From: Octopus bimaculoides
Taxonomy: Eukaryota
Length of the DNA stretch: 33,653 nucleotides
Reading direction: 5' to 3'
Assembly: GCF_001194135.2 (NCBI RefSeq)
Contig: NC_068984.1
Coordinates: 61,782,100-61,815,752, forward strand
Positions 1 to 11,944 of the stretch are shown here, in pieces. Each line of letters begins with the position of its first letter. Position 1 is the stretch's first letter. The position numbers and the translations under genes were made by a program. The notes below the pieces were generated by a model. That model was not told the origin of the DNA, made no database searches, and saw only the letters and a program-made list of their open reading frames with translations.

Positions 1-371
1 TTTTTAGTGTGTTTTTGTCAAGTTCCTTGGCACGTTTTATTCCAAGATCTATGAGTGTGGAGGGATATTGGCGTTGTAACAGTGTTTTTTTGAGATCTTG
101 TAAGCGTATTTCTCGAGTGGTTGGGTCAGAGACAATGGTGCAAATTATTTTAGCTAAATTAAAGGGGATATTTATCTTGGTGTGTTTTGGGTGGCATGAG
201 CTAAAAAGGAGGTATTGTTGTGAGTCTGTAGGTTTGTGGTAGATGTCGGTTGTGATTTGGTTATTAGGTGTTTTTATGATTAAGAGATCAAGAAAAGGGA
301 GATGATGTTTGCTGAATTCCATAGTGAATTGAATGTTGGGATGTATGTTATTAAGAATGGATTTGAATTCT
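1..371 (-). pseudogene. Penelope-like element reverse transcriptase, C-terminal palm/thumb fragment (5'-truncated; runs off the window start)
   Basis: Manual minus-strand translation is open: EFKSILNNIHPNIQFTMEFSKHHLPFLDLLIIKTPNNQITTDIYHKPTDSQQYLLFSSCHPKHTKINIPFNLAKIICTIVSDPTTREIRLQDLKKTLLQRQYPSTLIDLGIKRAKELDK. This matches the PLE RT pattern LN..HP.IQFT.E...LPFLD...TD.Y.KPT...YL.F.S.HP. It is not in the ORF track because it has no Met. Confidence 0.87.
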
Positions 372-402
372 AGAATTCAAATCCATTCTTAATAGCATAC
401 AT
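341..402. repeat. 62-bp loopless palindrome (30/31 matches) at the RT truncation point
   Basis: 341-371 atgtatgttattaagaatggatttgaattct is the reverse complement of 372-402 agaattcaaatccattcttaatagcatacat, with one mismatch (348/395). Confidence 0.95.
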
Positions 403-411
403 ATAAAAATT

Positions 412-472
412 AAAGCGACTCCTTTAATTAATTAATGAAAACACGACATCATTGCCGTTTTCGTCAGATGAC
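412..472 (-). ncRNA. Truncated hammerhead ribozyme remnant (intact CTGACGA, lost GAAA half)
   Basis: Minus strand reads gtcat CTGACGA aaacgg...aaggagtcgctt and then breaks off into the palindrome junction. It is homologous to 1292-1360. Confidence 0.45.
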
Positions 473-1360
473 TGCATAGACTACGAAAGCAAAAGACAAA
501 GCAACTGCTTTAACATGTTTGCATTAACAATGGAGCTCAAATATCTACATTGATCCTGCTGTTATTTCCGTGGCAGAATGAGTTTAGAAAATAGTCTATG
601 TAGTGTCGAACCTGCTAGGTTTTAAGGTTAGCAGAGGTTATAGGGGGTGGGGTATAATTATGAGTCCTGACCTTGTTACTTACGCTTTGAAGGTAATAGA
701 GGGATTTAGTCTTCAATCATCCAAAATTGAATCTTTTTGGAGTTGAGTTGCAGCTGTAATCTAGACAAAAGTGACTAATTAATTAGTACCATGACAGCTT
801 ACTAGACTATCTAAGTACATGAACCTTATATCCAGGTTTTGCCTACACTCAAAGGGTAAGTATTAGGTTGGCAAAAAAGGGAATGCCTGATGGGGAAGGG
901 GTGATAATTCGAAGAAAGAAGGATAAGATGAGCTGACAATACTTATTTTGATGTCATCTTAAAGGGAAATGTAATGAAACTAAAAGAATAAGTACTAGAA
1001 ATTAAGGATGGAATATAAGTTAAGAGAATAAGGGAAGGGGCACATTGTAACTTAGCATATCTATAATATTAAAGCAAAATATAATTAAATATATAGGTGA
1101 AGGCTAGAAGTTACCCTTAAAATTTTTATAAGGGTATACTTTAAGATATAGGTCCGACACTACATCGACTATTTTCTAAACACCTTCTGCCAAAGAAATA
1201 GCAGCAGAATCAACGTAAATATTTTGAGCACCATTGGTGATGTGAATATGTTAACGCATCACTGATCGCCTTTGCATTTGGGATTCATGCAGTCATCTGA
1301 AAAAAAACGAGCTCTTTGCAATGATGTAATGTTTTCATTAATCAATCAAAGGAGTCGCTT
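412..1360. repeat. Diverged inverted repeat, arms about 412-613 and 1150-1360 (PLE pseudo-LTR-like), spacer about 535 bp
   Basis: The reverse complement of the left arm (aggttcgacactacatagactattttctaaac...atgcagtcatctgacg...aaggagtcgctt) aligns with the right arm (aggtccgacactacatcgactattttctaaac...atgcagtcatctgaaa...aaggagtcgctt). Identity is roughly 70-75% by eye. Confidence 0.85.
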
Positions 1361-1376
1361 GAAACGGCCGTAATAC
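1292..1376 (+). ncRNA. Degenerate type I hammerhead ribozyme motif (PLE-type)
   Basis: gtcat CTGAaaA [cgagctctttg...caaaggagtcgctt] GAAA cggccg TA atac. It has a palindromic stem III (cggccg), a GTA triplet, and partial stems I and II. The core is mutated (ctgaaaa) compared with ctgacga in the sister arm. Confidence 0.55.
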
Positions 1377-1423
1377 ACTGAAAGCTGCACACCTTTGTTA
1401 CTCATTTATACACTCCCCACCCA

Positions 1424-1438
1424 CACACACATATATAT

Positions 1439-1497
<59 letters not shown>
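1424..1497. repeat. (CA)n microsatellite with short (TA) interruption, running into a gap
   Basis: Direct reading. Confidence 0.95.
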
Positions 1498-1877
1498 NNN
1501 NNNNNNNNNNNNNNNNNNNNNNNNNNNNNNNNNNNNNNNNNNNNNNNNNNNNNNNNNNNNNNNNNNNNNNNNNNNNNNNNNNNNNNNNNNNNNNNNNNNN
1601 NNNNNNNNNNNNNNNNNNNNNNNNNNNNNNNNNNNNNNNNNNNNNNNNNNNNNNNNNNNNNNNNNNNNNNNNNNNNNNNNNNNNNNNNNNNNNNNNNNNN
1701 NNNNNNNNNNNNNNNNNNNNNNNNNNNNNNNNNNNNNNNNNNNNNNNNNNNNNNNNNNNNNNNNNNNNNNNNNNNNNNNNNNNNNNNNNNNNNNNNNNNN
1801 NNNNNNNNNNNNNNNNNNNNNNNNNNNNNNNNNNNNNNNNNNNNNNNNNNNNNNNNNNNNNNNNNNNNNNNNNNNNN
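1498..1877. other. Assembly gap (N run), followed by a poly-T tract at 1878-1897
   Basis: Direct reading. Confidence 0.99.
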
Positions 1878-1961
1878 TTTTTTTTTTTTTTTTTTTTGCA
1901 AGAACCCATTTTTGTCATTCCATTCTCAGACAATACGATGCGATTTATAGAGCGTGAATTC

Positions 1962-2088
1962 ATAATCCTTTCTACTATAGGCACGCGGCCTGAAATTTGA
2001 GGGAAATTTGAACTCAGAACATAACGACAGGCGAAATGCCGCTAAGCATTTCGTCCACGAGTTAACGACTCTGCCAGATGGCCGTCTT
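1962..2088 (-). mobile_element. SINE with tRNA-like head, internally deleted copy
   Basis: gaaatttgaactcagaac (box B-like, reverse) and gaaatgccgctaagcatttcg match the head of the copy at 4383-4600 in opposite orientation. The 3' end taatcctttctactataggcac is joined directly to the head, so the central domain is missing. Confidence 0.7.
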
Positions 2089-2550
2089 GAGGTGTATTCC
2101 TAATGCCTGATCGTCAGTTAATCATAGGCAGTTTCTAAATCGATTAATAGTGGGAAAGTAGTTTGCAGCTCATAGACTATGCACATTCCTGCACAAGAGT
2201 TATGCAAGCAGTTGGTGCATTTTCGAATGAGAAGCTCTTTTTCACGATACGTGATTTATGAGTCATTGTGATACATTGATTTATTTATTTCAAAACGTTA
2301 CAAATATAAAAAAAAATTAAAGTGAGATTTAGCTTATGCACACTATTTAGGAACAGACTTTGCAATTATTGTTGTATTGACTAGAAAATCAGAAAGTGTA
2401 CCTCCCTTCTTAACAAATTCATGTGAATGTGTCGGGTTTAGCGTAAAGTTTTCCGATAAAACTGTATATATAGCCATAAACTTAGATATTTATTTGAAAC
2501 TTCAACTGATCATAATCATGAATAATATTTCTCTTTTATTTTTATATTTG

Positions 2551-2791
2551 TCTTTACCTGTTATCTATTTCGACTGCAGCCATGCTGAGGCACTGTCTTG
2601 AAGTGTAAAACGAAACAAATGTACCCGACTACTTATGTTTTTTGTATTGGTGTAATCCACTCCTTCAGGAGTTTTTGGGACATAAGCAAAGCAATACCAG
2701 TTGTTCTACGGTGATGGGAGCAAATACACATGGACACACACATAGATACAAATACACACGCAAGTAGAAGTACAAACAAACAAACAAACAA

Positions 2792-2825
<34 letters not shown>

Positions 2826-2990
2826 AAACACACACATATGTACGACGGTTTCCTTTCAGATTTTGTCTAACAAATTTATTCAGAAAATTTCGCTCGGCCC
2901 CTGTAGATGACACCTTATTTGTCGAGCAATGGGACAAAACCCAAAATCATATTGTTGAGAAGCAGTCTTCTATATTCCGTAACCACATCT
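2551..2990 (-). mobile_element. Decayed composite SINE with internal (CA)n microsatellite
   Basis: tacgacggtttcctttcagattttgtctaacaaat...ggccc and cgactgcagccatgctgaggcac resemble the head and tail of an abundant octopus SINE as I recall it; about 75 bp of CA/CAAA repeat lies inside. Family assignment is from memory, not a database search. Confidence 0.6.
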
Positions 2991-4382
2991 ACACTTACAC
3001 ACACACACACACACACACACATACACACGTATCTGCGTACACTACCAAATATACTATATTAATAATGTGTTATAATTCTAAACTACCAAATTTAATTTTC
3101 TGCTGACTCGAACTTATTCCCAAGATACTCTTTTGTGCATTCATTGTGCACCGTGGTTCTAATCTTTACTGCCGTCTGTTATATATTGCTGTCAGGAATA
3201 GCGTATCAAAGGATATAACATGCAATACGTCTGTTCCTATTTGAAGACGGTATAAACTGAATATAGTGATATTGTTTGTCATTTTTGGTATGTCAAGCAA
3301 CAGCGAGGTTTCATGATTGGATTATCTATTCATGAAATATCAATTTACTCAGGCTACTACAGCATCAGACTAAATTATTGGCATTATAAAGCCATCTGTC
3401 GTTAATACCATCCGGAATCTATATTTACGTTGAACGATTGATAATTGGTATTTTCAGATATTTGAGACACATTATGTAGCTGTTCTTTACTTGCATAATG
3501 TATTTCAGCCGCGTAAATTCAAATATGGTATAGCTAAGTATAACCGGTAGCTACTACATAACTCTTTATATATTCTTCATAAACAAACAAGCGTCCCCTT
3601 ATAACAAACTAGTTTTTTCATGTTTATTTCGTGAAATTTTATAAAATATAATGCTAGCAGATACGGGTTCGAAATTCGCATCAATTTAAATGACTAAAAT
3701 AAATATTTTCAGCTTATCATTTAATGAATTTTTGACATATATTAAGAACGTTTCTCTTCAAAGTTTAGCATTCTTGGATAAAAATAGAAAAGTGTTTCGT
3801 TGTATTATGAACCACAAAAAAGAACGTTACGATGTATGTACTTAGCATAGTGCTCTATTTTATAATATGCCGTTGTTTATTTACTTATGCGAATTCAAAA
3901 ATCATCTGTTTATTTTACTTTGGTTGAATACACATAACTTTACTTCACTGTGTAGAAAGAGAAGATGAATGTATCTATGAAGTGAATATATTTATTATTT
4001 TGAGTGCTTTTCTCGTTTACTTGTAGGAATTTCATAGCGTTTTTAATTAAAGCAGAAGTATTACAAAATCGTTTGTATTCATGTTTCAAATAATACACTT
4101 AATTATGCAATACATATCAAGTACTCAAGTGATAGAATTTAACGTTTTACGTTAGTACACACAATATATAATATATATATATATATATTGATTATGTGTT
4201 GTAAGTATAAATGCTTCTAACTTTTGCTTCATTATGAACCCCACTAATTCAATAACGTTCTATAGACTCTCACACACAGTCATATCATAAATAAACTTGG
4301 TATTAACTATTGAAAGTGTTGTGTTTCTGTATTCAGTCTCTTTGAAAATACAGTCTCATACCTTAATATTCATTACCGCCTG

Positions 4383-4600
4383 AGGCATCAAGCTGATAGA
4401 ATCATTGGCTCGCCGCGCGAAATGCCCAGCAGCATTCCGTCCGTTTTTACATTCTAAGCTCATTTTCTGTTGGGTGGTCGACTTTGCTTTTCATCCCTCC
4501 GCGGTCAATAAAATATGTACTAGTTGAGCACTGGGGTCGATGTAATCGACATACCCCTCCCCCAAAGTTGCTGACCTTGTGCCAAAATTTAAAACAAGTA
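4383..4600 (+). mobile_element. SINE, near full length
   Basis: Head aggcatcaagctgatagaatc...gcgaaatgcccagcagcattccgtccg; central domain gtcgactttgcttttcatccctccgcggtcaataaaatatgtactagttgagcactggggtcgatgtaatcgac; tail gaccttgtgccaaaattt. Homologous to 1962-2088 and 12460-12580. Confidence 0.75.
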
Positions 4601-6308
4601 CAGATAGCAGCAAATATTGCAAAATGTTTCAGGATCATCTTATTTTGTGATATTTTAGCAAGTCCTTGTCATTATTGTAATGTTTAGGAATGTGCCTTAG
4701 TATGAGTGTATTGAATTCTATGGTACTATTTGATTGAAAATGACGCAGTGTTGAATGGCAGTGAACTAAAGAGGAACTCCTTCAGAGGAGTTTAACTTGG
4801 CCAGTTACCAAAAAATCATCAATTATCCATTAGCGAATGCGCTTTCTATACTGTGCGTTTTGAAAATTAGTCTGACTGAGATTAGTTTTACTTTGTGAAC
4901 AATATTTACAGAAAAATCATTATGGTTCAACTTGCTACTCTAGTGACCAAGTTTTCGGAATCAATGATACAATTTTGTCCTGGTGGAAACGATTTTCGGC
5001 TCCTGATATTTGGGAATGTACTTCTTTTTGTCATTGTAATAAGACTGTTACTCGCCTTCAAAGTATAAACTACGGGTATTCTCATATGACATACAAGAAA
5101 CATCAATCGTTATTGCCAAAGAAATTCATTATAATTTGTACTTTCTCTTTCAAAATTCAGGATATGGAAATGATTTGCATTTATTCTAGCATTTTACACA
5201 GTATAAATGGAATATATTCTCGTCATGGATTTTGCATGGAGCATAATAATGGTAAAGCATAGAGAAATGTAAAACGTGACGTTAATGCTTTACTGACAAT
5301 ATTTTCTCAGCTCAATGAATTTAAGTAACTACAATGTATACCTAAAACTTGATATACTATAATCTTAGTTTTCCGCATAGTGTGGTTATGAAAATAAAGA
5401 GCTAAAAGAAGCGATGTTATCTGTGGAACCATTTTACCGATTGAAATCTGTTTACCAAACAACGGGAGGCAATATTTGGGTGGTTAAAAATATAAATTTG
5501 AAGCATCTGTGCATAGGAGAGATGAAAGATAATCTACTTTGAAACTGAGTATCCAACGCAATACAGATAACTGCAACATGCAGTTTAATTCGTTGATGAA
5601 TGATTGGAACAAAGATAACGTGATAACATCATACACCTACTCCCCCCAAAACGCACATTTTTAGGGTTAGGGATAATGGGTAATATTTCTGACGTATTAG
5701 GTTATGTCTTTTAATTAATATATCTTCAGTGATTTAAGCAATCATCTTTTTTTATTCGAATGAAAGTATAAGAATATTTCGCGATCTATTTCTATGTTAC
5801 TGCTTCACATGAAAAAAGGAGCAAGCATTTTTAAGATGTAGTATACAATCTCAGTTTACCATTTGAAGTGCTTTAGATGTTTGTTTGAATAAATTTCATG
5901 GCATTTAATGAGCTACGATCACCACTTATTCCATCCCACAAACATTCAACATTTTCACTTATAAACTTTCCCAATACAAACCAATTACAAATTTAATTAC
6001 GAATTACAAATTTAATATGTTAACCGGGTAAGAATGTTTTTGAGTGTGTTTCTTTTTAATAAAATGATACAAAACAGTTTAACCAAAATAAAATGGCGGG
6101 GAAATAGTAAACGTGTAAAAGAATGGAAGAATGCAAATTGACGACACTTTGAAATTTCGAATGTGAAATTAATTTAAAACTGTCTACAATAAATAAGATT
6201 CTTGAAATAAATACGATTCAACTGCAATCAAATAACAAGAATACATTACATACTTTCTAATTTGTGAATGTATATATAACTGAAAGGGAAAGAGAGAATG
6301 AATCTAAA

Positions 6309-6313
<5 letters not shown>

Positions 6314-6345
<32 letters not shown>
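6314..6345. repeat. (TA)n microsatellite
   Basis: Direct reading. Confidence 0.95.
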
Positions 6346-6350
<5 letters not shown>

Positions 6351-8427
6351 TCTTTCTTATCTAGTCCACTTGATGGTGATGAATTTACTGAAGCTATCAA
6401 TGCCACGAAATAGACATCTGTTTATTTCAGCAACACACTGATGAGTATTATATATTTCACACAAATTATGTTAAGCCTCTTATGAAATATCTGTTTAAAA
6501 CAAACAAAATATAAAATCTAATTAGAACCTAGAATTCATTTATTTATTGTAATGGACAACATTTTATTAGCTAATAGTTAGATATCATCTTCCAGTTATG
6601 AGCAACAAAACATGATAATAATTTCAAAATTTTCGCCTTTTCAAGCATTTGGACGAGCAGGGTTTTAGACACTTTATAATACATATTGAATCATGATGCA
6701 TAAGATTAAACTGAGTATGTTTTTTTTTTATCGTTTGGCACTATTGTTATTAATGTTAATTATTCTGCGAAGGTGAAATATGAGTCATGATAAAAAGAAT
6801 TAAAAAATCATTGGAAACATTTTCAGCTTCCGTCATGCGGTGAGCTTGAAAAATATTTTAAAACAATTAATAGATCTCTTATGACTTATTTTCAAACGTT
6901 CTATTTCTAAATAGATTATACACAATTCTATTTTTCCCATGGTAAAACATATTGATTTCACTTATATGGCCATTTATTTTTGAAAATTTATTTTTAGATA
7001 TTACATGAACACCAATATTAACAAGCAATAAAAATATTATACAATTTTTGGCGGCGAATTAGCAAACATTTCAATGTAGAATTGAATGTTTTTCTAATAT
7101 ATGTCTCCGGCTCTATGTGCACTGACTTTAAATCCTGTTGAAGTCAGCCTTCATATATCATGTCCTAGATATACATAAATTGCAGTCATGTAATTGAGTC
7201 GATTCTAGGTTACTAGTTTTTCTCTTTCTTACTCTCACTCTTTCCCTCCCCTTCTCTCTATATTCTTTTGTCTCCTTCTGCATCAACGCCAGACACATTA
7301 AAACCCTTTTGGTATTCTATCTTGTTATTGTTCATCAAATACATTTCAATATGCTCTCCGGCAGTATCCGTGAAAACGGCTGTCAACAGGGCAAAGGACA
7401 GCTTTAATTATCTTTTTATGAATTTTATAAGACAACTTTCGATGACAAAGTGTGATTCAGAGCGTATTTATGTTAGACTTCTGGGGTCAATAATATATTG
7501 AGAAGTTGAATGAATTGATAGTGCATCAATTAAACATACACGTACTGCCAGGAATATGTATTTAGAAAAATACCTGTTAACTTTTTAGATTCGGTTGAGT
7601 CTGAAATTAGAACATGTGTCCAGACATTTAAACATAGTACTAATGCAACCTTTGTACAAGTACTTTGATATATGATATCATTTATTGAATTTCTATATAC
7701 ACTATAGTATGTTACATATATTTAAGTATTACATTTAACTGAAATATCTATACATTATTAGGTTTCCGTACCATAATTAACATATCTCATATTCAATAAT
7801 AATAAACAGACAGATATTAATGAATGAAATCAATGAATTGTAATATCGATTTTGTGGATTAATGCTCGAGAATAATTTATTGCAGTTTAATGAACGTGCA
7901 ATGCAAATTCATGTTAATTTAAAATGTTTAACTACAAACCATATTACTCGCAAATATGATTAAAATGTATTAACGAGAGGCTGAAGTAAATCATAGACAT
8001 GATTTAAAAGATAAATTTTATATGACAAATACTTTTACTAGATTTTCAAATATTCATCCACGCATATCAAATGAAAATCACTTAGACTTCAAATATAAGT
8101 TTATCGCACAAACTTGTTATCATTGTGACCAACAATGGCAATCTTGTTTAATAGTATTGGTCTAATACTATGATACATAATTTTCTATCAAAGAAAATAA
8201 ATTATGAATGTAAAATACTCATCAACCGTATTAAATCACGTAGATGTATCGCGCCTTGTATTAATTATTCATAATGATACTTATACTTATTTATCCAATA
8301 TTACGAACAGAGATTTATGTAAACAACTAGAAGTTTTTCCGCATATAATATATAAAGTGATACCATTTTAAAATGATACGAGGAAATTTTTCTGTCAGCA
8401 TGGAGTAGTAGGATGTGCTGCTGCTGG

Positions 8428-8429
<2 letters not shown>

Positions 8430-8458
<29 letters not shown>

Positions 8459-8463
8459 GCTAT

Positions 8464-8519
<56 letters not shown>

Positions 8520-8546
8520 TTACTACTATTACTACTACTACTACTA

Positions 8547-8618
<72 letters not shown>

Positions 8619-8636
8619 GTAGCTGTTGTTGTTGCT
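8430..8636. repeat. Compound trinucleotide microsatellite (CTA)n-(TTA)n-(GTT/GCT), forming the 3' tail/target of the R4/Dong element
   Basis: Direct reading. On the minus strand it follows the LINE stop codon after a very short 3' UTR. Confidence 0.95.
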
Positions 8637-8656
8637 GTAGTGCCTTCTCCTGTGAT

Positions 8657-11600
8657 TCAAAGAGACAATACGCTCCTTTGAATGCGAGCTGTAACCAACA
8701 ATGCTGTCTTCTGGATCACCACGAGTATGACAGCAGCTCCAATATTCTTAGTGTGTTTTTCAAAGCCCTTAGAAACTGATCCTAATGCTCCAATTACCAC
8801 CGGTATCACCATTATTTCCTCATATCCCATAACTTTCCTATCTCGTCCCGCAGTGGCTGCAATTTCTCAATCATTTCTGTTTCCTTACATTTTAACCTGG
8901 AATCGCTTGGTATTCTAATGTCTATTATCTTTACTACTTTTCATCTTTATCGATGAGCGCGATATCTGGTCGTCTCGCCTCTATTGTTGCACTTCATGTT
9001 AGAATCCCGGAGTATTTTGTAATGTTAGTTTTTTCCATTAATCGCTCTGGCTTCTATTATCATTACTTAAGCATTGATCGGCTCTCTCAAGGTTTGCTTT
9101 ACCGCACAAGAGCCAGTGGACATATCTGGCCACATTGTCATATCTCCTTTTATATTCGGGTTGTGCGAGCTTAGAGCACTCACTAACAATATGGCTTATA
9201 CGTTTTCCCTTCTCAGAGCATATCCTACACTGGCGAGTCTGTGCTTCTATCAATGTGATATTTTGAGTAGTTTGTTCTGAGAGCTTGTTCCTGAGTGCTG
9301 TATCTCAGTTCTGCAACCCATACCAGGTTGTATTCCAATCAATCACATCTTTATTCTCCAAGAGCCGACTGTGCATTTTCTTGTCCTGCAAAATTTTCTT
9401 CATCTGCTCTCTCTGGTCTTTCTTAAATTGTGTTGGATCTAGGGCTTCTTTCATGTTTAAGGTTCCCTGCGTTTTCACTGCTTCAATCATTTCCTCTCTT
9501 TACTTCCCTTGACATGCCAAGCCAGGCTATTCTCCTCTTCCCTTATACAACCTTCATAACATACCAACCCACGCCCTCCTACTCTCCTATTTAATACAAT
9601 CTTGACACATCACTCTTGATGTGTAATTCCTTATTCATTATCATCAATTTCCGTGTACTCCGGTCTATCACTTCTAATTCCTGCTTCTTCCAAGCCACTA
9701 TTCCCGTCCCATGTCTCATCAAAGCAAGAGCCCACGTGTTAACTGCTCCACATTTATAGTAGCTATTTAGCTTCGATTGGAGCACAAGCCGAGTTCCTCT
9801 CAAATACTCTTTCCCGTAGATTTATTTCATCTTGTGTTCATTCATCTTATCGCTTTCAACGATACTCAGGTACTTATATTCTTCCTTTCCGACTTCCCTT
9901 ATAGTTTCACCACTTTATTTCTTGATTCCATGGCTTTTACGGATTTCCCCCCTTTTCACAATCATTATATCACATTTCTCGATCCCAAATTCCATGCCAA
10001 TATTTTTGCTAATCATCTGCACAGTTGCCGTCAAACTCTCAATTTCTTTCTCACTCTTAGAGAATAGCTTCAAGTTATCCATAAACCACAGGTAGTTTAC
10101 TTTCACCCTGTCTAACACAAATGTATCCCATGTACATCATTCTAAAGACGCTCGTTAGTGGCAATATGCAGACAACAAATAGGAGAGGTGACAGACTGTC
10201 CCCTTCAAAAATTCCTCCTTTGATATTTACCTCTTCCAGCTTATCTCCCCATGCTGTGAGCTCAGTTCACCACGTTGACATTGAGTTTTGCATTAGCTTC
10301 AGGATATTGTGTGAGACCATTCTTTACACTTTCCTGCGCGACCACGCCATATGCTTTTATGTTGTCCACCCATGCCTTCGCCAAATGTTTGTCTCTTCTT
10401 GCAATCAGCTAGGATAGTCTTATCAATTAATAATTGATCCTTCGTTCCTCTGCTCTTACGCCTACAACCTTTTTGTTCTACTGTTAGTAGATCGTTCTCA
10501 TCTAGGTACTTATAGATGATGTTTGATATGATACCCTTCATCAGTTTCTACATCAGTGGGAAACAAGATATTGGTCGGAAATTTCCAACGGCATTCCCTT
10601 TACTTGGGTCCTTCTGGCATAGTACCGTTCTTCCTTTATTTCTTATCCAAGCAGGTACTTAAAATTTCACTATTCAGTATTTCGTCAAGCTGCCTTGCAA
10701 TTCTCTGAAGAGCTGTCAAGTTTTTAAGCCGAAAGCCCTAAAACGCATCTGGGCCAGGCGCTCTCCATTTAGGAATTTTTCTGCACTAATCTCTAATCAT
10801 CCCCTCGGTTATTCGCAAATCCCCCTGCCGATACTCTCGACTCTCCTGTTTGAGTTTCTTTAACCATTCTGCTTCAGTTTCGTGTTGTTTTTCCCGAGAG
10901 CAAACATTTGACTAGATTCTTTTACTTTTTTCATCATGCTGCACAGCGTTTTCACCTTTCCCTTCCCATCCAGTTGCTGAAAGTCTCGTTTCTGATTTTG
11001 TTCGAAAAGTCTTTTAAATCTGTACTGCTCAATTCTCTGTTCATATCTCTTTAGTTTACCTGTGTTTTAATTCCTCAATCACAACATGTATACCCTTTCG
11101 CTTCACCCTAGACTTGCTCTGTAGCTCAACCTATTTCTCTTGCTGAACTTCATTTCTCTTTTTCCGCTCCACAATATTAATATGCCTTATGGTCTTGTTA
11201 ACAGACTGCGTTATTTTCCTTTCCTACAGTGTTTCCTTCAAGTTATGTTGACATTAACTTTTGGCTTTCAAACCTAACTCCCGGGCTATAAAGATCGAGA
11301 TTGCATTTATCAGTGTTATCATTTGTCTTTCTGACCCATTCATTGAGTTTCTTTTCTGTTTACTTTTTAAACCCTGTATGAAAGCTCTGTTCACCAGATT
11401 TCAATGATTTCATTTAAAATGGATATTTGTTTCTCGGCTCTCTCATGACTTTCCTGATCAATAATCTTAGTCTCATGCTAGTCTTCTTCCTTTAACTCCA
11501 CTGCCATAGTTTCACTATATGTATTCTCTTCGTCAACCTTCCGTTCACCGCTGGTCTCACTACGCCTAAGCACCCGTCTCTTAATGCTTTCTAGTTCAAC

Positions 11601-11870
11601 TGGAAATAACTATACATTCTTTCTGATGGCTCTAGCTGGGTCACACCGAGTTTGCTCTCTTAAATCAAATAGACCTCTGTCGCTCTATGCCCTGTATAAT
11701 CTTTTCCTGTATCCTCTAGAAGGTACTTCATTTTCATTTCCCAGATTACCCAGAAAATAGCACTCCATTACAACCTTATTCATTTCTTTCGTCCACCTTC
11801 TTTAGCACTTGCCTGATGACAAATGGGCCCAAACTGCTCACCTGTAGGGCATCCTCCGGGTGAGAGACAT
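8657..11870 (-). pseudogene. Disrupted single ORF (RT, CCHC zinc knuckle, restriction-like endonuclease) of the R4/Dong element
   Basis: ATG at 11870 is in frame with the N-terminal motif; stop at 8657-8659. Many stops and frameshifts; ORF-track fragments 9038-9253, 9305-9490, 9591-9803, 9915-10118 and 10299-10541 are pieces of it. Confidence 0.85.
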
Positions 11871-11944
11871 TAAAAAGGTGTTCCAGCCTTATTCACACCG
11901 TTCTCATTTCTATTTATATTTGACATTGCAGCACTCATGATGAG

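Noticed and set aside
1395-2000. Long ORFs spanning N runs (also at 17.6-18.0, 24.0-24.9 and 29.8-30.9 kb)
   Set aside because: They are open only because N and dinucleotide repeats contain no stops.
5155-5255. Minus-strand B-box-like peptide PCKIHDENIFHLYCVKC
   Set aside because: A stop follows immediately, the remaining ligands and a splice context are missing, and it is probably chance.
5661-5672. ttagggttaggg telomere-like repeat
   Set aside because: Only two units.
7268-7501. 77-aa ORF after a long pyrimidine tract
   Set aside because: No ATG start, no convincing donor site, and no recognisable protein similarity.
8415-8681. Poly-Leu/Ile 'membrane protein' ORF and similar HT/CV/YI/poly-I ORFs elsewhere
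   Set aside because: Translations of microsatellites.
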